Shown here in pieces: positions 41,521-57,360 of a stretch of DNA of 64,000 nucleotides. The notes under the pieces are model-generated. The model was not told where the DNA came from. It saw only the letters and a program-made list of their open reading frames with translations, and ran no database searches. Positions within the stretch are counted from its first letter, which is position 1. Every line of letters begins with the position of its first letter. Source of the stretch: Eledone cirrhosa (Eukaryota); assembly GCA_964016885.1 (NCBI GenBank), contig OZ024745.1, positions 52,328,001-52,392,000 of the forward strand, read 5' to 3'. The position numbers and the translations under genes are program-made.

Positions 41521-43088
41521 CATGGCAATACTTCAAAATGAGAGAACTGCTAATGAATGAAAATATACGTGTACAATTGACTTCTTAGAATTAATATGTC
41601 TGAATGTTCAGGAAAAGTATGTCTTTTTGCCATGGCTATGCCTGAGGTAGGTAGAAGAAACAAAAAAAATCTATAACTGAAATTCAAAGTAGAAGTCAAC
41701 CATGTACTGTGACAACCCTCTTTAACGAATTAGGGTTATTTAATCAGAGTAAAAGAGATAAAGACATAAGCATATATCTCTATGTTTCCTGAAATATTTT
41801 CAATTCACATTTCACACGTTATTTATCATTTAATGTATTTGACTCAGGATATTGTGATTAGCTACAAATGCTCGTATAACAATTCTTAACAAAGATAAAA
41901 ACGTAGAAATTTGACTGATAGGAACTGTCGATTAAAAAAGTAGAGGCAGTATTAAAAATATCATGTGATATACGTCCTGTCATTTCAACAATTAAGGAAT
42001 ATCTGAGTACTTCTTGTCGAATAAGTTAGAGCCTTTATTCTATAAATTGCGTATTTGTTGCTTATATATCTGTTCCTTAGATGATATCTTCACACAAAGA
42101 TAGTGTTCTTTTTGTGTTACAGACATGTATGGATACGTATATGTCGGATTGCATTGAATAATCAAAATCAGCGCATTCTGCTGATAACATTCTTAACGAA
42201 GAGAAAGAAAATAAATAATTTTCGATACCATTAAGTATGTATGCATAGATGGATGTATGCAAGTGTGCAAGTGCCGCGGTTCGAAAATACTCGGTTTGAT
42301 GACCGAGCGTGAGGTTAGCCAATCTTAAGTGAGATTCCTTGTTCTTTTATAGCATTATTATTGGTGAAGAAAAACTCTGGTGCTAAACCTTCTACACAAT
42401 ATCAATGGTAGCCATTAATATAAACCTGTTGTTCTTCGTTTTGGATATCTGTCAGCGTTTCTCAGAGAATGGGGTTGGTCTTGTGTAAAGCTTGCTTCAC
42501 TTAAAAAGAGCTTCAAGTATAGACAGCATTTGATCTAAGCGACTTTCAATTGTATTGCCTTCCTTTTTTTATTTTGGTGTAGCATGTGCAGTGAGGTATC
42601 TAGCTCTTTGTCAAGGCTAACATGGCATGGTTGTGTCACGCATTTATTTAAAAAGTGGTCAAGTGATGGCAATTTTTGAAACCGAGATGCAGCTATTATA
42701 TATGCATGTATGTATGGTTAGACGTAGTAGGATATGACAGGACCCGCAGATATATTTGGACGAATAAGAGCATTAGAGATTGTTGTTTACCAATATTGTT
42801 GTTTACCAATGCATTTTAAAGACGAAAGGTGTTATGTTTTTCAAAAATTCAAGTGGATTGACCAAATATATTTGCAATATAAGAATAATCACTCTCACTA
42901 AATATTTATCTCGTCACGAAATATCTGATTATCATATATATCTATACATGTGTTGTTGATGGCGTGTTTGTGAATATTGTCTGATTATGTACAAATAAAT
43001 TACCTACATACACACACGCACCCGCAGACACACACGCACGCACACACACGCACACGCACACGCACACACATATATATATATATATATA

Positions 43089-43226
43089 GGTAGAACACTG
43101 GAAGGTAATATCCGTAGTGGTAGAGTACTCAGTCCATGGGACTAGTTTGATAGAAGTAGTAACACAACAGTTAGTTCACCATACCGAGAACAATTGTTTC
43201 ACCATATGCTGATCTTTAGCTCGGAC
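43089..43226 (-). mobile_element. Family A HHR repeat copy
   Basis: Reverse complement of 48820-48955. Confidence 0.85.
43184..43224 (-). ncRNA. Hammerhead ribozyme, family A, core mutated
   Basis: ccgag-CTAAAGA-tcagcatatggt-GAAAC-aatt-GTT-ctcgg. G5 is changed to A and stem II is eroded. Confidence 0.7.
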
Positions 43227-43699
43227 TGTATGTATATATATATATGTATGTATGTATTTATGTATGTAAGTATGTGCATCTGTGTGTGTAACCGTGTGTG
43301 TGAGTTCCTGAGTGTATGTATGTAAATATTCACACGCATAATTATGTATGAATTTTTGTTTCAACTTTATTATGACTGGCGACATTTCTGTTGTCTATTG
43401 AATATGGAAAGCCTAATAAAAGCCGTACGTAACCTACATTCTTATTGTTCTCCTTGCAATATAATTGCTACTGATTTGTGTGGGGTGTTGATAGTATGCT
43501 ATTTCCTTAGCTTTTCTATATCATCGAGGTTAACGTTAATTTTCTCGTTATAGTTATATTGTTTTATTGCCAATAAATCGGTGACTGTAATGTGTGTTAA
43601 CATAGGATCCTACAGTAATCATGTTCATACAGATGTTGCTATCAGTTTTCGATTCATCTGTTTGTCAAATGTGTCAATGCTTACGCCTCATACCTCTAT

Positions 43700-45240
43700 T
43701 TTACACAAGATGACAAGCACGAGTTTTACAACCTACTCTCAAGAAAAATATAGGTGATCTTAAAAGTAGGAGAGCAGGTACTACTTGGTGACTTCACTCC
43801 CAGAGAGAAAGACAAGCAACCACAACTACTGTACTAGATATCTGGGATGGGTTAGTCTGCGCCATCTTGACGTTAATGGGATACTGCTGCTTGCAATCTC
43901 AGACTTTAACCAAAGACGTTGTACTACACCAAACGTTCGTCTAAGCAGTGTATTAATGCAATACCGACCCATCATTTAGTCGAAGCGGTTGCATTCCTCA
44001 GGTCATAGGAAGACGACTTTATTTCAGATCCACCAGAGGTAAATGTTCAGCAGATATCGGACTTTCACAGGGACACTATCCATAGCACTGCGATGAAAAC
44101 CTTTGGGAAGAAAGGGATGATATACAAAATAATGGTTTAAGGCGAGCGTAAATGAGCTCAAATTTTCCATGAGGGAAAAGCGTGTTGCTCCGTTGAAGCA
44201 CAAACACCAAGTTACCTTGACAACGCTGTAAGCTTTGAGGTCATCAAGGGACAATACACAGATGATAGCAAAGCTCTCATCATATGAATATTTCGTTCAA
44301 TTATTCGATGGTGACCATTTGCCATGTGGCAAAAGTAAATTTCACGCAATGCATGTGGGTAACAAAAAAGCCATCGACCAAACCCTCGGCCAAACCCAGA
44401 GCAAGGGTGCCTCCCTCAGTCCAGAACTTGTGAGAAAAAATGAGCAGAAATATTGAAGACCTGCCCAATGGGAAGACTTACCAGTTTAGTATAATATTTT
44501 CATGCTTATCTGAAAGTTGATCAATTTGGCGGTTCTTCTACGGAGACATATAACATCTAAATGTGTGTGCAACCGTGCTGTGTGCTTGCCCCACATACTT
44601 TGCCAACTTTTTTGTAGGCATGTTGAGACACATTTGGACGTCCTCTGATGGTATCTATTCCCGGGCAAGATCTGATGGGAGCTTGTTTAGCCTGTCTAGG
44701 CTGAAATTAAAATCCAGGGTTCATGAGAGAAATGCTGTTTGCGGACGACACCTCGTTGACAGCACACGCTTAAAGAGTAATTACAGCACCTTATGGACAC
44801 AGACAATGGCCTGCCAAGAATTGAGCCTAGCGATTAGTTCAAAGAAAACGAACGTTTTGGGCCAAAGCGCCATGTATATCCCCCTGACATCACCATCAAT
44901 AACTACGAGTTGGATATGTAGTATACCTACGCAACTTCCTTGGCTCCACTACCAGAGTAACTGTCCCCCAGACTCCAATATCAGCAGACAAGTGGGACAA
45001 GAAACGTCCCAATTCGCCAGGCTAAGCTAGAGTGACTGGGAAAACAGAAAACTGACGACAAACAGGAAGATTGTTATCTACAAGAAATAAGTCTTCAGAA
45101 GACAAGTTTACAGCAGCGAAATATGTAACTGTTCCTCGAGACAGGAACTGCATCTCCACGCCTTACACCTTATTGTATGAAACACTTTCTTAACATATGT
45201 CGACCGACTGAGTCACCAACATTGTCGCCCAACGATACTA
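43700..45240 (+). mobile_element. Degenerate RTE/BovB-like LINE fragments
   Basis: CACPTYF..FF..ML, RSDGSLFSLSRLK, LFADD-like (ctgtttgcggacgac) and LAISSKKTNVL. Confidence 0.75.
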
Positions 45241-45645
45241 TTGCGACTTCTTCAGGGAAGCATATTAGAGAATATATTTTATTCCGATACATTTCTTCGG
45301 CAATGCAGCCTCATTCCATGGAGAAGGACTTGTTTACAGATATATAAAATCAGATTGTCCACATATATATATATATAAACGGTCATTTTCGAAATGATGA
45401 TACTGATTTGGGAATATATTAACATTAACAATGGAATTGTTCGCCTGCATATTTCGTAAGTTAAGTTGGAATTACATTTATATTGTCAAACTGGGCAGCT
45501 GAATGAAGAAATATCCTGGTGGTTAGCAGGTTAAAAATAGATATCAATATATATATATATGTATATAACAAGGAAAGTGTGGTAAGGAACCAGGTGGACC
45601 ATAACGCACCAGAGTACTCAATACTTAGGGTAATAGAGAGGGTTA

Positions 45646-45817
<172 letters not shown>

Positions 45818-46280
45818 ATATACATATATATATACAAATATAAATTAGCGAGAATCGTATTTCGGCTTTGGAAATTAGCGAAAAACCACTTTCGAGATGT
45901 GTGGCAAGCGCTCAATAGATTCTAACGAACCAGAGCTACAACATACGTTACAAGGCCAAACACAACTGAGACGATGGTTAAACCATTATCCGCACAGCCA
46001 TAGACACGACCAAGTAATTCGGGTCAAATAAATAAAAAAAATATGATTGAAAACTTTACCCAGATCCCTGGATGGTTGGTGAAAATCCAGCATTTGGAGT
46101 TCTGTGACTCCTAAATCAAGTACTGTCTGCTTAGACAAATAATGTTAAGCTTCTGGTAAGATGATTGAACAAGGAAGTCACTTTCTCAACAGGCTTTTAG
46201 TTCAAGTGCCAGGCCAAGGATTGACCGTTACCAATACCCACGTGGTGCTCGACATATATATGTGTGTGTATGTATGTAAG

Positions 46281-46408
<128 letters not shown>

Positions 46409-47294
46409 ATGAGGAGTGTACCCAGAAATGTTAGTGTATGCAGTTCTGTTTACATGGCAACACAAGAGCAAATATGAGGGGCTCATTCTACTGACATAGC
46501 TTTAAAAATGAGGCTGTTTGCATAATTGCAAACGAATTGAATATTATTATTAATATTCGAAAACCTCAGATTACGTTTATATATATACATATCTCTCTCT
46601 ATATATGTATATGTATATAACTAAATTGAAACGTACGCACATACACATGTATACGTACGCAGAAAAACGATTTTACTTCGTATTAATTTTAAGAGATGGA
46701 ATAATTATATTTCTTACCCGATCCATCTCTTAGTTACAATCGATATTTTGTTCGCTTAGAAACCTTCTAAACGTATATCTAACTACCAAACTGGTATATA
46801 TTTAATGAATGTACATAAGACGTAAAGAATACTATATTATATTCTCCAAGGTAATAATTTACAGCATGATATAATATATGACGATCATAAAACATTGCAA
46901 ATTGGTTTCGTTCACGTGTACTTTAGACTAAGAGTTATGTCCCATGTTAACCAAATCTCATTTGTTCATTATATTGTAAATCAAATTTTGAATATTCATT
47001 CTCCTTCTCTTAGAGTGATCACGAAAAGTTTTACCAACTTTCAGTTTTACGTCACGGAGTTATTCCATCGTACAATAAGTTGGCAGAGACATCACCGATT
47101 CACCGGACCACTTGATACACATTCAGTACCATTTGAATTGCACCAACATTAAAGATATCGAATGATCTGTTATTCAAGTTATATATCAGATTCTTCACAT
47201 TCTTTGTTTTTATCGCGTTATTGTTTCAATTAACTCTATACTATAGAAATGAATTCTTCATGTCTAATTCTCTTTTATAACTATATAGCAAAGC

Positions 47295-47630
47295 TGTTGT
47301 CGTTATTGTTGTTGCTGTTGTTGCTGCTGCTGCTGCTGTTGTCGTTTTTGTTGTTGTTGTTGTTCTCAGTATCAACCGACTCCTATTGATTGGACTGGAT
47401 CCACAAGTGACACCAAACATCATGATCGGGATCTAACCATATGTGTCCTTCCTGTTAGGTTTGCCTGTAAAATCTGTCAAGCAATTCATTGCTAAGACAT
47501 TCCAACCCCATAACCATAGTATATGTGTTGTGTCATCTCAATTTCGGATAAATAACCGCTCTAGCCTGGGCGAATCTCTGGGCTCCAAGCTATACACTCT
47601 ATCGAGTAATGTTACTCCAATACTTTGGGG
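47295..47630 (-). mobile_element. RTE-like LINE 3' end with (AAC)n tail
   Basis: Minus strand reads MS*Q*IA*QILQAN.TGR..VRSR, homologous to 55440-55600. The (AAC/AGC)n tail is at 47295-47365. Confidence 0.6.
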
Positions 47631-47950
47631 GACCCTGTTTTGGCCACCTCTATTTGCGGTCGTTTTATTGCATTGATTAATCAAGATTCATTACCATATA
47701 TAAGGGTTGGCACGAATACCAATTTGATGATAGAGAATTTGGCCTTTATAACTACCTCTATTCAAATGATTTACACATGCTAAACCTGGCATTGTACTGC
47801 ACCATTGCTTGCAATTCTTGCGTTTAATCCAGCCACTCGTGGATATTCGTAGATACTGAGCAAGGCAACAAACAATTGTCAAATAATGTCATAGTATTGA
47901 AGAACCGGCTCGTGGAACATGTCATCATATGTCTTTTCACAGAAGAAATA

Positions 47951-48140
47951 ATAATTGTTTCTAATTTTGGCACAAGGCCAGCAAATACCCAGGGCATTAC
48001 TGGTACTTTATTTTATAAACCCCGTAAGCATGAAAGGCAAAGTTAAACTTGGCGGGATTTGAACTCAGAATGGCAAGGGCCGTAACTCTATGCATCAAAG
48101 CATGGCGTCCGTCTCTCTACCGGTACTGCCAATCCACCGC
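47951..48140 (-). mobile_element. tRNA-derived SINE, full length, with 17-bp TSD
   Basis: cacagaagaaataataa at 47938-47954 and 48141-48157. Confidence 0.92.
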
Positions 48141-48175
48141 CACAGAAGAAATAATAATAACATTTCCATAGTAGA

Positions 48176-48359
48176 CGCGGTCGGGGAATTGGCAGTATCG
48201 GTAGAGGGTCGGACGCCATGCTTTCCAGAATAGTTACGTCCCTTTGCGGTCTGAGTTCAAATGCCGTCGAGATTAACTTTGCTTTTCATCCTTAGGGGGT
48301 CGGTAAAATAAAGTACCACTAATGCACTGGCCTTGTGCCAAAAGTAGAAACAATTATTA
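48176..48359 (+). mobile_element. tRNA-derived SINE, head-to-head with the previous copy
   Basis: A box tggcagtatcgg, B box gagttcaaatgcc and the consensus tail. Confidence 0.9.
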
Positions 48360-48479
48360 ATAAAGGAAGATTTGAGGTGGTGGAGTGTGAATTAATTGTG
48401 GAGGTGGTTATTAAGATAGGATTGACTGGGTGCTGGTGCCATTGATGGAGGATAGACTTGTATGAGATAAGAAGGTGAT

Positions 48480-48720
48480 AATCATAGTATTGAGCATAGT
48501 ATCACGGATACCCACCTCCACAAAATAAACAGCATGTACAACGGAATCAACGTTGAAGCTAAAATACTTCATAAGAATCTAGGAATAGCAGAGAGCGTTG
48601 AGCTTCTCACACCACGAAAAAAACTACCGCATACTGAGGGACCATAGAGAAAACTTTTCTGCAAACCTAAAATGTCGTGTCTAAGCTCCAGAATTAGAAG
48701 CCTTACAATTTACCGTTTAG
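48480..48720 (+). mobile_element. Degenerate PLE RT fragment
   Basis: INVEAKILHKNLGIAESVE and ENF..KPKCR-like motifs, homologous to the N-terminal part of ORF 90-986. Confidence 0.5.
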
Positions 48721-48766
48721 AAAATGAATATATATATATAGAAGTGGTTACACAACAGTTAGATCA

Positions 48767-48816
48767 CCATAACGAGAACAATTGTTTCACCTTAGCGGAT
48801 CCTCAGCTCGTAATGG
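48767..48816 (-). ncRNA. Hammerhead ribozyme, family A, canonical core
   Basis: ccattacgag-CTGAGGA-tccgctaaggt-GAAAC-aatt-GTT-ctcgttatgg, with palindromic stem III ACAATTGT. Confidence 0.85.
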
Positions 48817-48862
48817 ATTACGAGCTGAGGATCCGCTAAGGTGAAACAATTGTTCTCGGTAT
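48817..48862 (+). ncRNA. Hammerhead ribozyme, family A, canonical core
   Basis: attacgag-CTGAGGA-tccgctaaggt-GAAAC-aatt-GTT-ctcggtat. Confidence 0.85.
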
Positions 48863-49029
48863 GGTGAACTAACTGTTGTGTAACCACTTCTACCTAACTC
48901 GTTCCGTGGACTGAGTGCTCTACCACTACGGATATTACCTTCCAGTGTTCTAACACTATATATATATATATTTATATGAAAGACGTAAAATAAGAAAATT
49001 ATAATAATTAACTTACTTACTTAAGTTTC

Positions 49030-49107
49030 ACTCCAACTAATTAGTTTCTGAAAGGGGATATACATAGTGTTCAAAACCATGGAGAATTCCTTTCTTCTTT
49101 AGGGAGT
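49030..49107 (-). ncRNA. Hammerhead ribozyme, family F, core mutated (CTAAAGA)
   Basis: Inverted copy of 49469-49546. Confidence 0.7.
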
Positions 49108-49468
49108 CAATTCTCAGCTAAGATCCCTGGCGAATACTTATTGCTAGCATTAGTATACTTCTGTATAAATATGTTGGTAGATATACTAATTGTTTATAAT
49201 TATCTCCAAATTATTTGTTGAGCAAAAATTTGCCTGAATTACTACTATGATCCATAGTAATATTTTGGCTACTGTCTTTTTAACACTCCACTCCTCACTG
49301 ATTAACCCAGATGTCACGTGATTGTTTTTTTGAATTTGACACTGAGAAGGTAGTGAAATTTTCAGTGTCTTGAAATTTAGTCCACACTTGCTTCTTTTCC
49401 ATTCATTGAATTATTGTTGTTTGAGCACCCTATGTCCGCCTATCGCCATAGATCTTAGCCGAGAATTG

Positions 49469-49546
49469 ACTCCCTGATGAAGAAAGGAATTCTCCATGGT
49501 TTTGAACACTATGTATATCGCCTTTCAGAAACTAATTAGTTGGAGT
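49469..49546 (+). ncRNA. Hammerhead ribozyme, family F, canonical core, long stem II loop
   Basis: actcc-CTGATGA-a-gaaagg[33 nt]cctttc-a-GAA-ACTAATTAGT-T-ggagt, with palindromic stem III. Confidence 0.85.
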
Positions 49547-49711
49547 GAAACTTAAGTAAGTAAGTTACTTATTATAATTTTCTTATTTTACGTCTTTCAT
49601 ATAATTGTTCTACATTTTTGTATTGAACTATAAAGTTACTAAGACAAAACTTATATATTGCTAGCATAAGTATACTTCTGTATAAATATGTTGGTAGATA
49701 TACTAATTCTT

Positions 49712-49787
<76 letters not shown>

Positions 49788-50732
49788 ACATTTCTTGTGG
49801 CTAAATTGTAATTCTTATAACTCTGGAGTTCGAGACTACATAGTTGAGGCTCTATTGATTTTTCGCTGGATTTCACAAACTTCTATGGATTAATCTGTCT
49901 TGATTCTTTTTATTTGAGTTTAAATTATTTTCCCACATCTTACGTTAACTATTTTTCCATTTTGACGTTATGAAATACTGTTGACTTCACGCTCACAATA
50001 ATTTCTATACTTTAATTTAACAAGATTCATTTACCATTGTTCCATGTTGATCATTTACTTCTGAGTGAAATTGGATAAACGGAAACCTTAGAAACATGTC
50101 TAATGGTATGTATCACAGACCGTCACACTGAAAATCACCGAGAATTATATGGTGGGTACACATATCTGGAGATTGTCCATCTACAAGGTCGCCAGTTTCA
50201 AGACCAAGCCGTTCCTCTTATCGAACAACTGCAGGAAAAGCAGATGAAAGTTGGACGAGGAAAATTACTTATATCAAAACTATAAATATATTTGTCTAAT
50301 AACTTCCCCTTATAAGAGTAGATATAAATGTCTTTCGAGAACGTTTTCTATTATTTCGTTAAATTTAGAATTATGTGATTTCTATTCTCGGAATTTTTGA
50401 AATTTATTTTTGAAACTTAGGGATATTGTCACGAGACGTTATCATATAAATTACCTAGCTACGTTTGTATGTTGGTGTGTATAGAAACAAACATACATAC
50501 GGTCGTTGATATTTACGTAGATATATACACATGCATACATAGACTAAAATAAATAATATAAAATTCACACATATTCAATAGTATGTAAGATAAAGCAATT
50601 CATACTAACGTAAGTTGCTACGGGGATGTGCACATGTACGGTCTATCAATGTATGTATCTATTCTAAATACGCCCCCCGGAGACTGGACTAAAGACAAGA
50701 GTGTCGGTCAGCCACCACTATATGACTATTTA

Positions 50733-53532
<2,800 letters not shown>

Positions 53533-53904
53533 CATAATTACAAACATACATATGAGGGTGTTCAACCATAAACAATCAATTAATCGTTGTATAATAAAAA
53601 TTATATGTGCAAAGATTAAAAAAATGATAAAGAAAAATGACCAATTTACTTCGATGTTGCAGCTGCTACGTTATATAGTAATCGCAGTTTTAAACATTCC
53701 AATAAGTTAGGATTTCCTCAACTGTTAGAAATCTCAGCTCATCAGGGATCTTTTAAATGAAGAACATATTCTGTCGTGTTATCGGCTACGAGCGAGAATT
53801 TCGAATGGAAGAATTATCACAGGATTTGACTTTGGCGGCAACAAAACTTTTTTTCAATTGGTGGACAATGACAAGTAAAGGTACTGCTAGAAGTAGTCAG
53901 CCAA

Positions 53905-54011
<107 letters not shown>

Positions 54012-54073
54012 CATACATAATTGAGAATACCCCCTCCCATTATATTGGAAAGCGTTTCTCCTTAATTCTAAAT

Positions 54074-54180
54074 AACTGTTTCTACGTTTGCCCCAAGGCC
54101 AACAATTATACCAGTGCATTACTGGTACTTTAGTTTATCGACCTCGTGAGGGTGAAAGGCAAAGTTAAACTCGGCGGGAT
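54074..54180 (-). mobile_element. 5'-truncated SINE
   Basis: Matches the SINE tail and central domain. Confidence 0.8.
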
Positions 54181-55439
54181 AAATAATAACATATGAATAG
54201 AAACATTCTTCTAGTATTATCAGACATTAAACCCCAAATTTAATGAGAACAGTATCTAAATATTACATCAGAATTCCAAGATCTATTATTTATAATATCA
54301 GTCCACTTGCACGCCTGTAGTATTTTACCCAATGTTTCAATGTTTGCCTAGATATTGATTGTTCTTTGGTTGAACCTGTTTGATCTAGTTTCTGTTATTG
54401 AAACAGATTGACCTTGACAATACTTGGAATATCCTCAGCTTTTAAACAATTATGCCTGTTGTAAAAAGAGAGTGAAGGGATGGATAGAGAGGAAGAGAGA
54501 GAGAGAGAATATATAGGTGTATATGTGTGTTCACTGTTCTTCTATGTTCGCTCTTCTTTTATGTCACCTGACCTATAAGAACGACACATAGAAATCGGTA
54601 TAATACGTACAGGTTTACATATACTTAGTTAAATTCATCTGTATCAAGTGAACCAGGAGGGTAACAGTCTAACGACTGACATGAGATAATTTAAAGGATG
54701 TTTATTCCTTTTCCAATTATGCTCACAACGTGGGAGAGTGTAGATTCTTCATTACCGCTTCTGTACTCTTCTTAGAATCGAAATACGAGTATATCCCTCC
54801 ATTTATATATCATATGTAACAACAACGCTAAATGATTCTCTTTTCAATGCTCAATCTGCGATATACAAACATCGCCATTCGTTGTTCATATCTTGAGTTA
54901 TCGATTCGGCTTCATATTTAATATTTACTGTAACACATTTCATGAATAAATATTTTTGCATTTATATGTAACAAATTCCTAGAAGGTTAAATATATTTCG
55001 AAATGTATACTGACAAATGTTTTTAATTGCAAAGAAGCCATTTTTCTAAAGTAACGAATAACATAGATACAGATATGTCTATATGTATTAGAATAACTTG
55101 TAAAACTGAATTTAATTAACGATTCGAAAAATGACATTATATATATATATATGAAGATCATAGGCTTCTTAACAAACACATGATGATTCTCAAAGCTGTT
55201 TCATTAGTATATGATTATGAGGGTTCTTATGAGTTTTATTGAAATTGTATTTATCATGAATATATACACTTTAAATATGTTACCGAACTGTTATATAGTG
55301 AATATCAGGGTACACAACCTTTCACTGCATCGGCCATTTATTCCTGAAAGTGTCGGAGTGGCAAAGTCCATTAACGCTACTTCCAGTGAGTCCTGTCAGA
55401 AACAACCGTCTCCAAACGATGCGGCTGTATCCTCAATCA

Positions 55440-57360
55440 AGACTGGCTAATGGATGTTATTTATCCATCTTACCCGGAATCTACGCCTGGGTCACCTGTT
55501 TGCCGGTTTTGCAACTACAATCTGTCAAGCGATTCTTTCCCGAGACATTCTAAACACACTCCCATAATATCGAAGCTGAGATGTCTCAAGTATCGGTTCT
55601 AACTGAGGCGAATCTCTGATCTATCGAGTAACATTATTCCAAATACTCTGCGCAGAAATTCCACTTCGGCGGCTTGTATCATTTTCCTTCAGCTATTACC
55701 CAAGATGTATGAAAATAGGCAAGGGTTGCCACGAATACCGAATTGAAGATACCGAGCTTAGCTTTTACGCCTAGCTTCCTTGTTCAGATTACTGAATGCT
55801 GAAGCTGGCACACTGCCTGCAATTTTTGCACCTAATTAAGTCTCCTGCCTTCCATCACTCATATACATGGCCCCGAGATACTTGAAATTCTCTAGTTGCT
55901 TCAGTGGAAATCCATTCATTTGTAGAATGCATTTCGTAGGCTTTCTTGAGAGGACGAGTTTTTCAGTTTTCTCAGTAAAGGTTTTCATTCCAGCCGTGCA
56001 ACACTTGCCATCAAATCTATCGAGTGCAAAGTCGGATATCTACTTCTGTCGAGTTAAGTAACTCCATGTCGACTGCAAATTCCAGCAGACCGATTTTACA
56101 TCCACCGGTCATGATAGCACTTCCAACTCGACTGGGCATGTCAATCCTGTTTATGTAAATAATGAAAAATAGAGTGGATATTACGCTTCCTTGGAGTAGC
56201 GTGACTCCCACATTGAATGGCTTTCATTTAGTACCATTTATCTGAACACAAATACTCACGCATCCGTATAGTGACATCGGGGAAGCAAGGAGCTGACCAC
56301 CATACCATACTCATGCACAACTATCCACATCAGGTCCCAAGGTCGATAAAATAAGAATATACTTCTTATCAATACTCCCACGATTTCTCGAATGCCTGCC
56401 GCATAGTGAAAAGTAGGGCGGCTGTTCATCAACAATATCCCTGCATCTCTTTTCCAAACACTTATCCTAGCCTTTACCGGCAGGGGTTAACGAGGAATCA
56501 CTCTGTAAATGAAACAATCTCTCTTATCTCTCTTTTTGAAAATTGGGATCATGAATCACGATTGCCATTGATTAGGGGACTTTCCAGAGATCCAAACCAC
56601 GCGAGACACATTAGTCAACCAGGACATACTTTCTCTATTTACAGTTTCAACACCTCGGGCCGGATATCATTTTCCCCAGCGGCCTTGCAAAATTTGAGCT
56701 GTTTAACTACTTTGTTACCCTAAACTCTGTGAAGTTAGTCACCGCTCCCAAATGCCCCTCACGTACATCCGAAGATTCTGTTGGGATCATGTTTAGGATA
56801 TCAGCAATGTATTTTCCCCACCTCGAGAGAATGCACCTCTCCGAAGAAGTGAAGTAACCCATACATGTTCTTGTAGCATGTGTGAAGGAAGGCTTCTTAT
56901 TATGAGGTCATCGGATGGTCTGCCAGAACACTTTATTTGATGATCTGAATTCGGATTCCGGCTTAACACCAAAGTCTCCATATGTCTTAACTTTGGACGC
57001 TTTTACTCTCTCTGCTGTGATTCACCGTGTCTCGTGTATCAAGGGTTCTTCCTGCCACCTTACGCCACACCAAGACTCTTTCGCTCGCAGGATTTAACAA
57101 CTGAAGCAGAAACTGCTGCACTGGACAATCTCCACACTGTCTCAACGTCCTCAGTTTGCGTAATTCTCTGAATTTGGGAGCAATAGTATCTGCATACCTG
57201 GTTCTGACATACTTATCTCCCAATATTTCTCAATTTATCATGTAGGCCTTGTCAGTCTTGTGGGCTTATTTGGCTTTAGGTAGTCTCAAATTGCAGATAC
57301 CTAGATGGTGATCAATTAACAGCTCAACACGAACGTCCACTACAGATCCAAAGGGATCAG
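55440..57360 (-). mobile_element. Degenerate RTE-like LINE ORF2 (APE end, RT, C-terminus)
   Basis: AAGENDIRPEVLK, QGSVISTLFFIIYINRI, LLEFAVD, FKYLG and QLRYYGSVFRMSRERIA. Confidence 0.8.

Larger units (their letters stand above)
48739..48958. mobile_element. Palindromic double-HHR element (family A)
   Basis: 48739-48814 and 48817-48892 are near-perfect inverted repeats around a GG centre. The right arm extends to about 48958 and TA runs flank both sides. Confidence 0.9.
48972..49715. mobile_element. Fold-back HHR element (family F): ~153-bp inverted arms plus an internal direct repeat
   Basis: 48972-49125 is the reverse complement of 49451-49604. 49140-49190 recurs directly at about 49657-49709. 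Confidence 0.88.

Noticed and set aside
48176-48270. tRNA-like A and B boxes
   Set aside because: They are SINE heads. There is no complete cloverleaf and they continue into the SINE body.
50092-50255. Possible minus-strand exon after a strong acceptor (ctttcatctgcttttcctgcag)
   Set aside because: All three frames hit stops within about 50 nt and no partner exons are visible. A UTR or lncRNA exon cannot be excluded.
53695-53750. Minus-strand CTGATGA...GAAAT hammerhead-like motif
   Set aside because: Stems I to III cannot all be closed convincingly.
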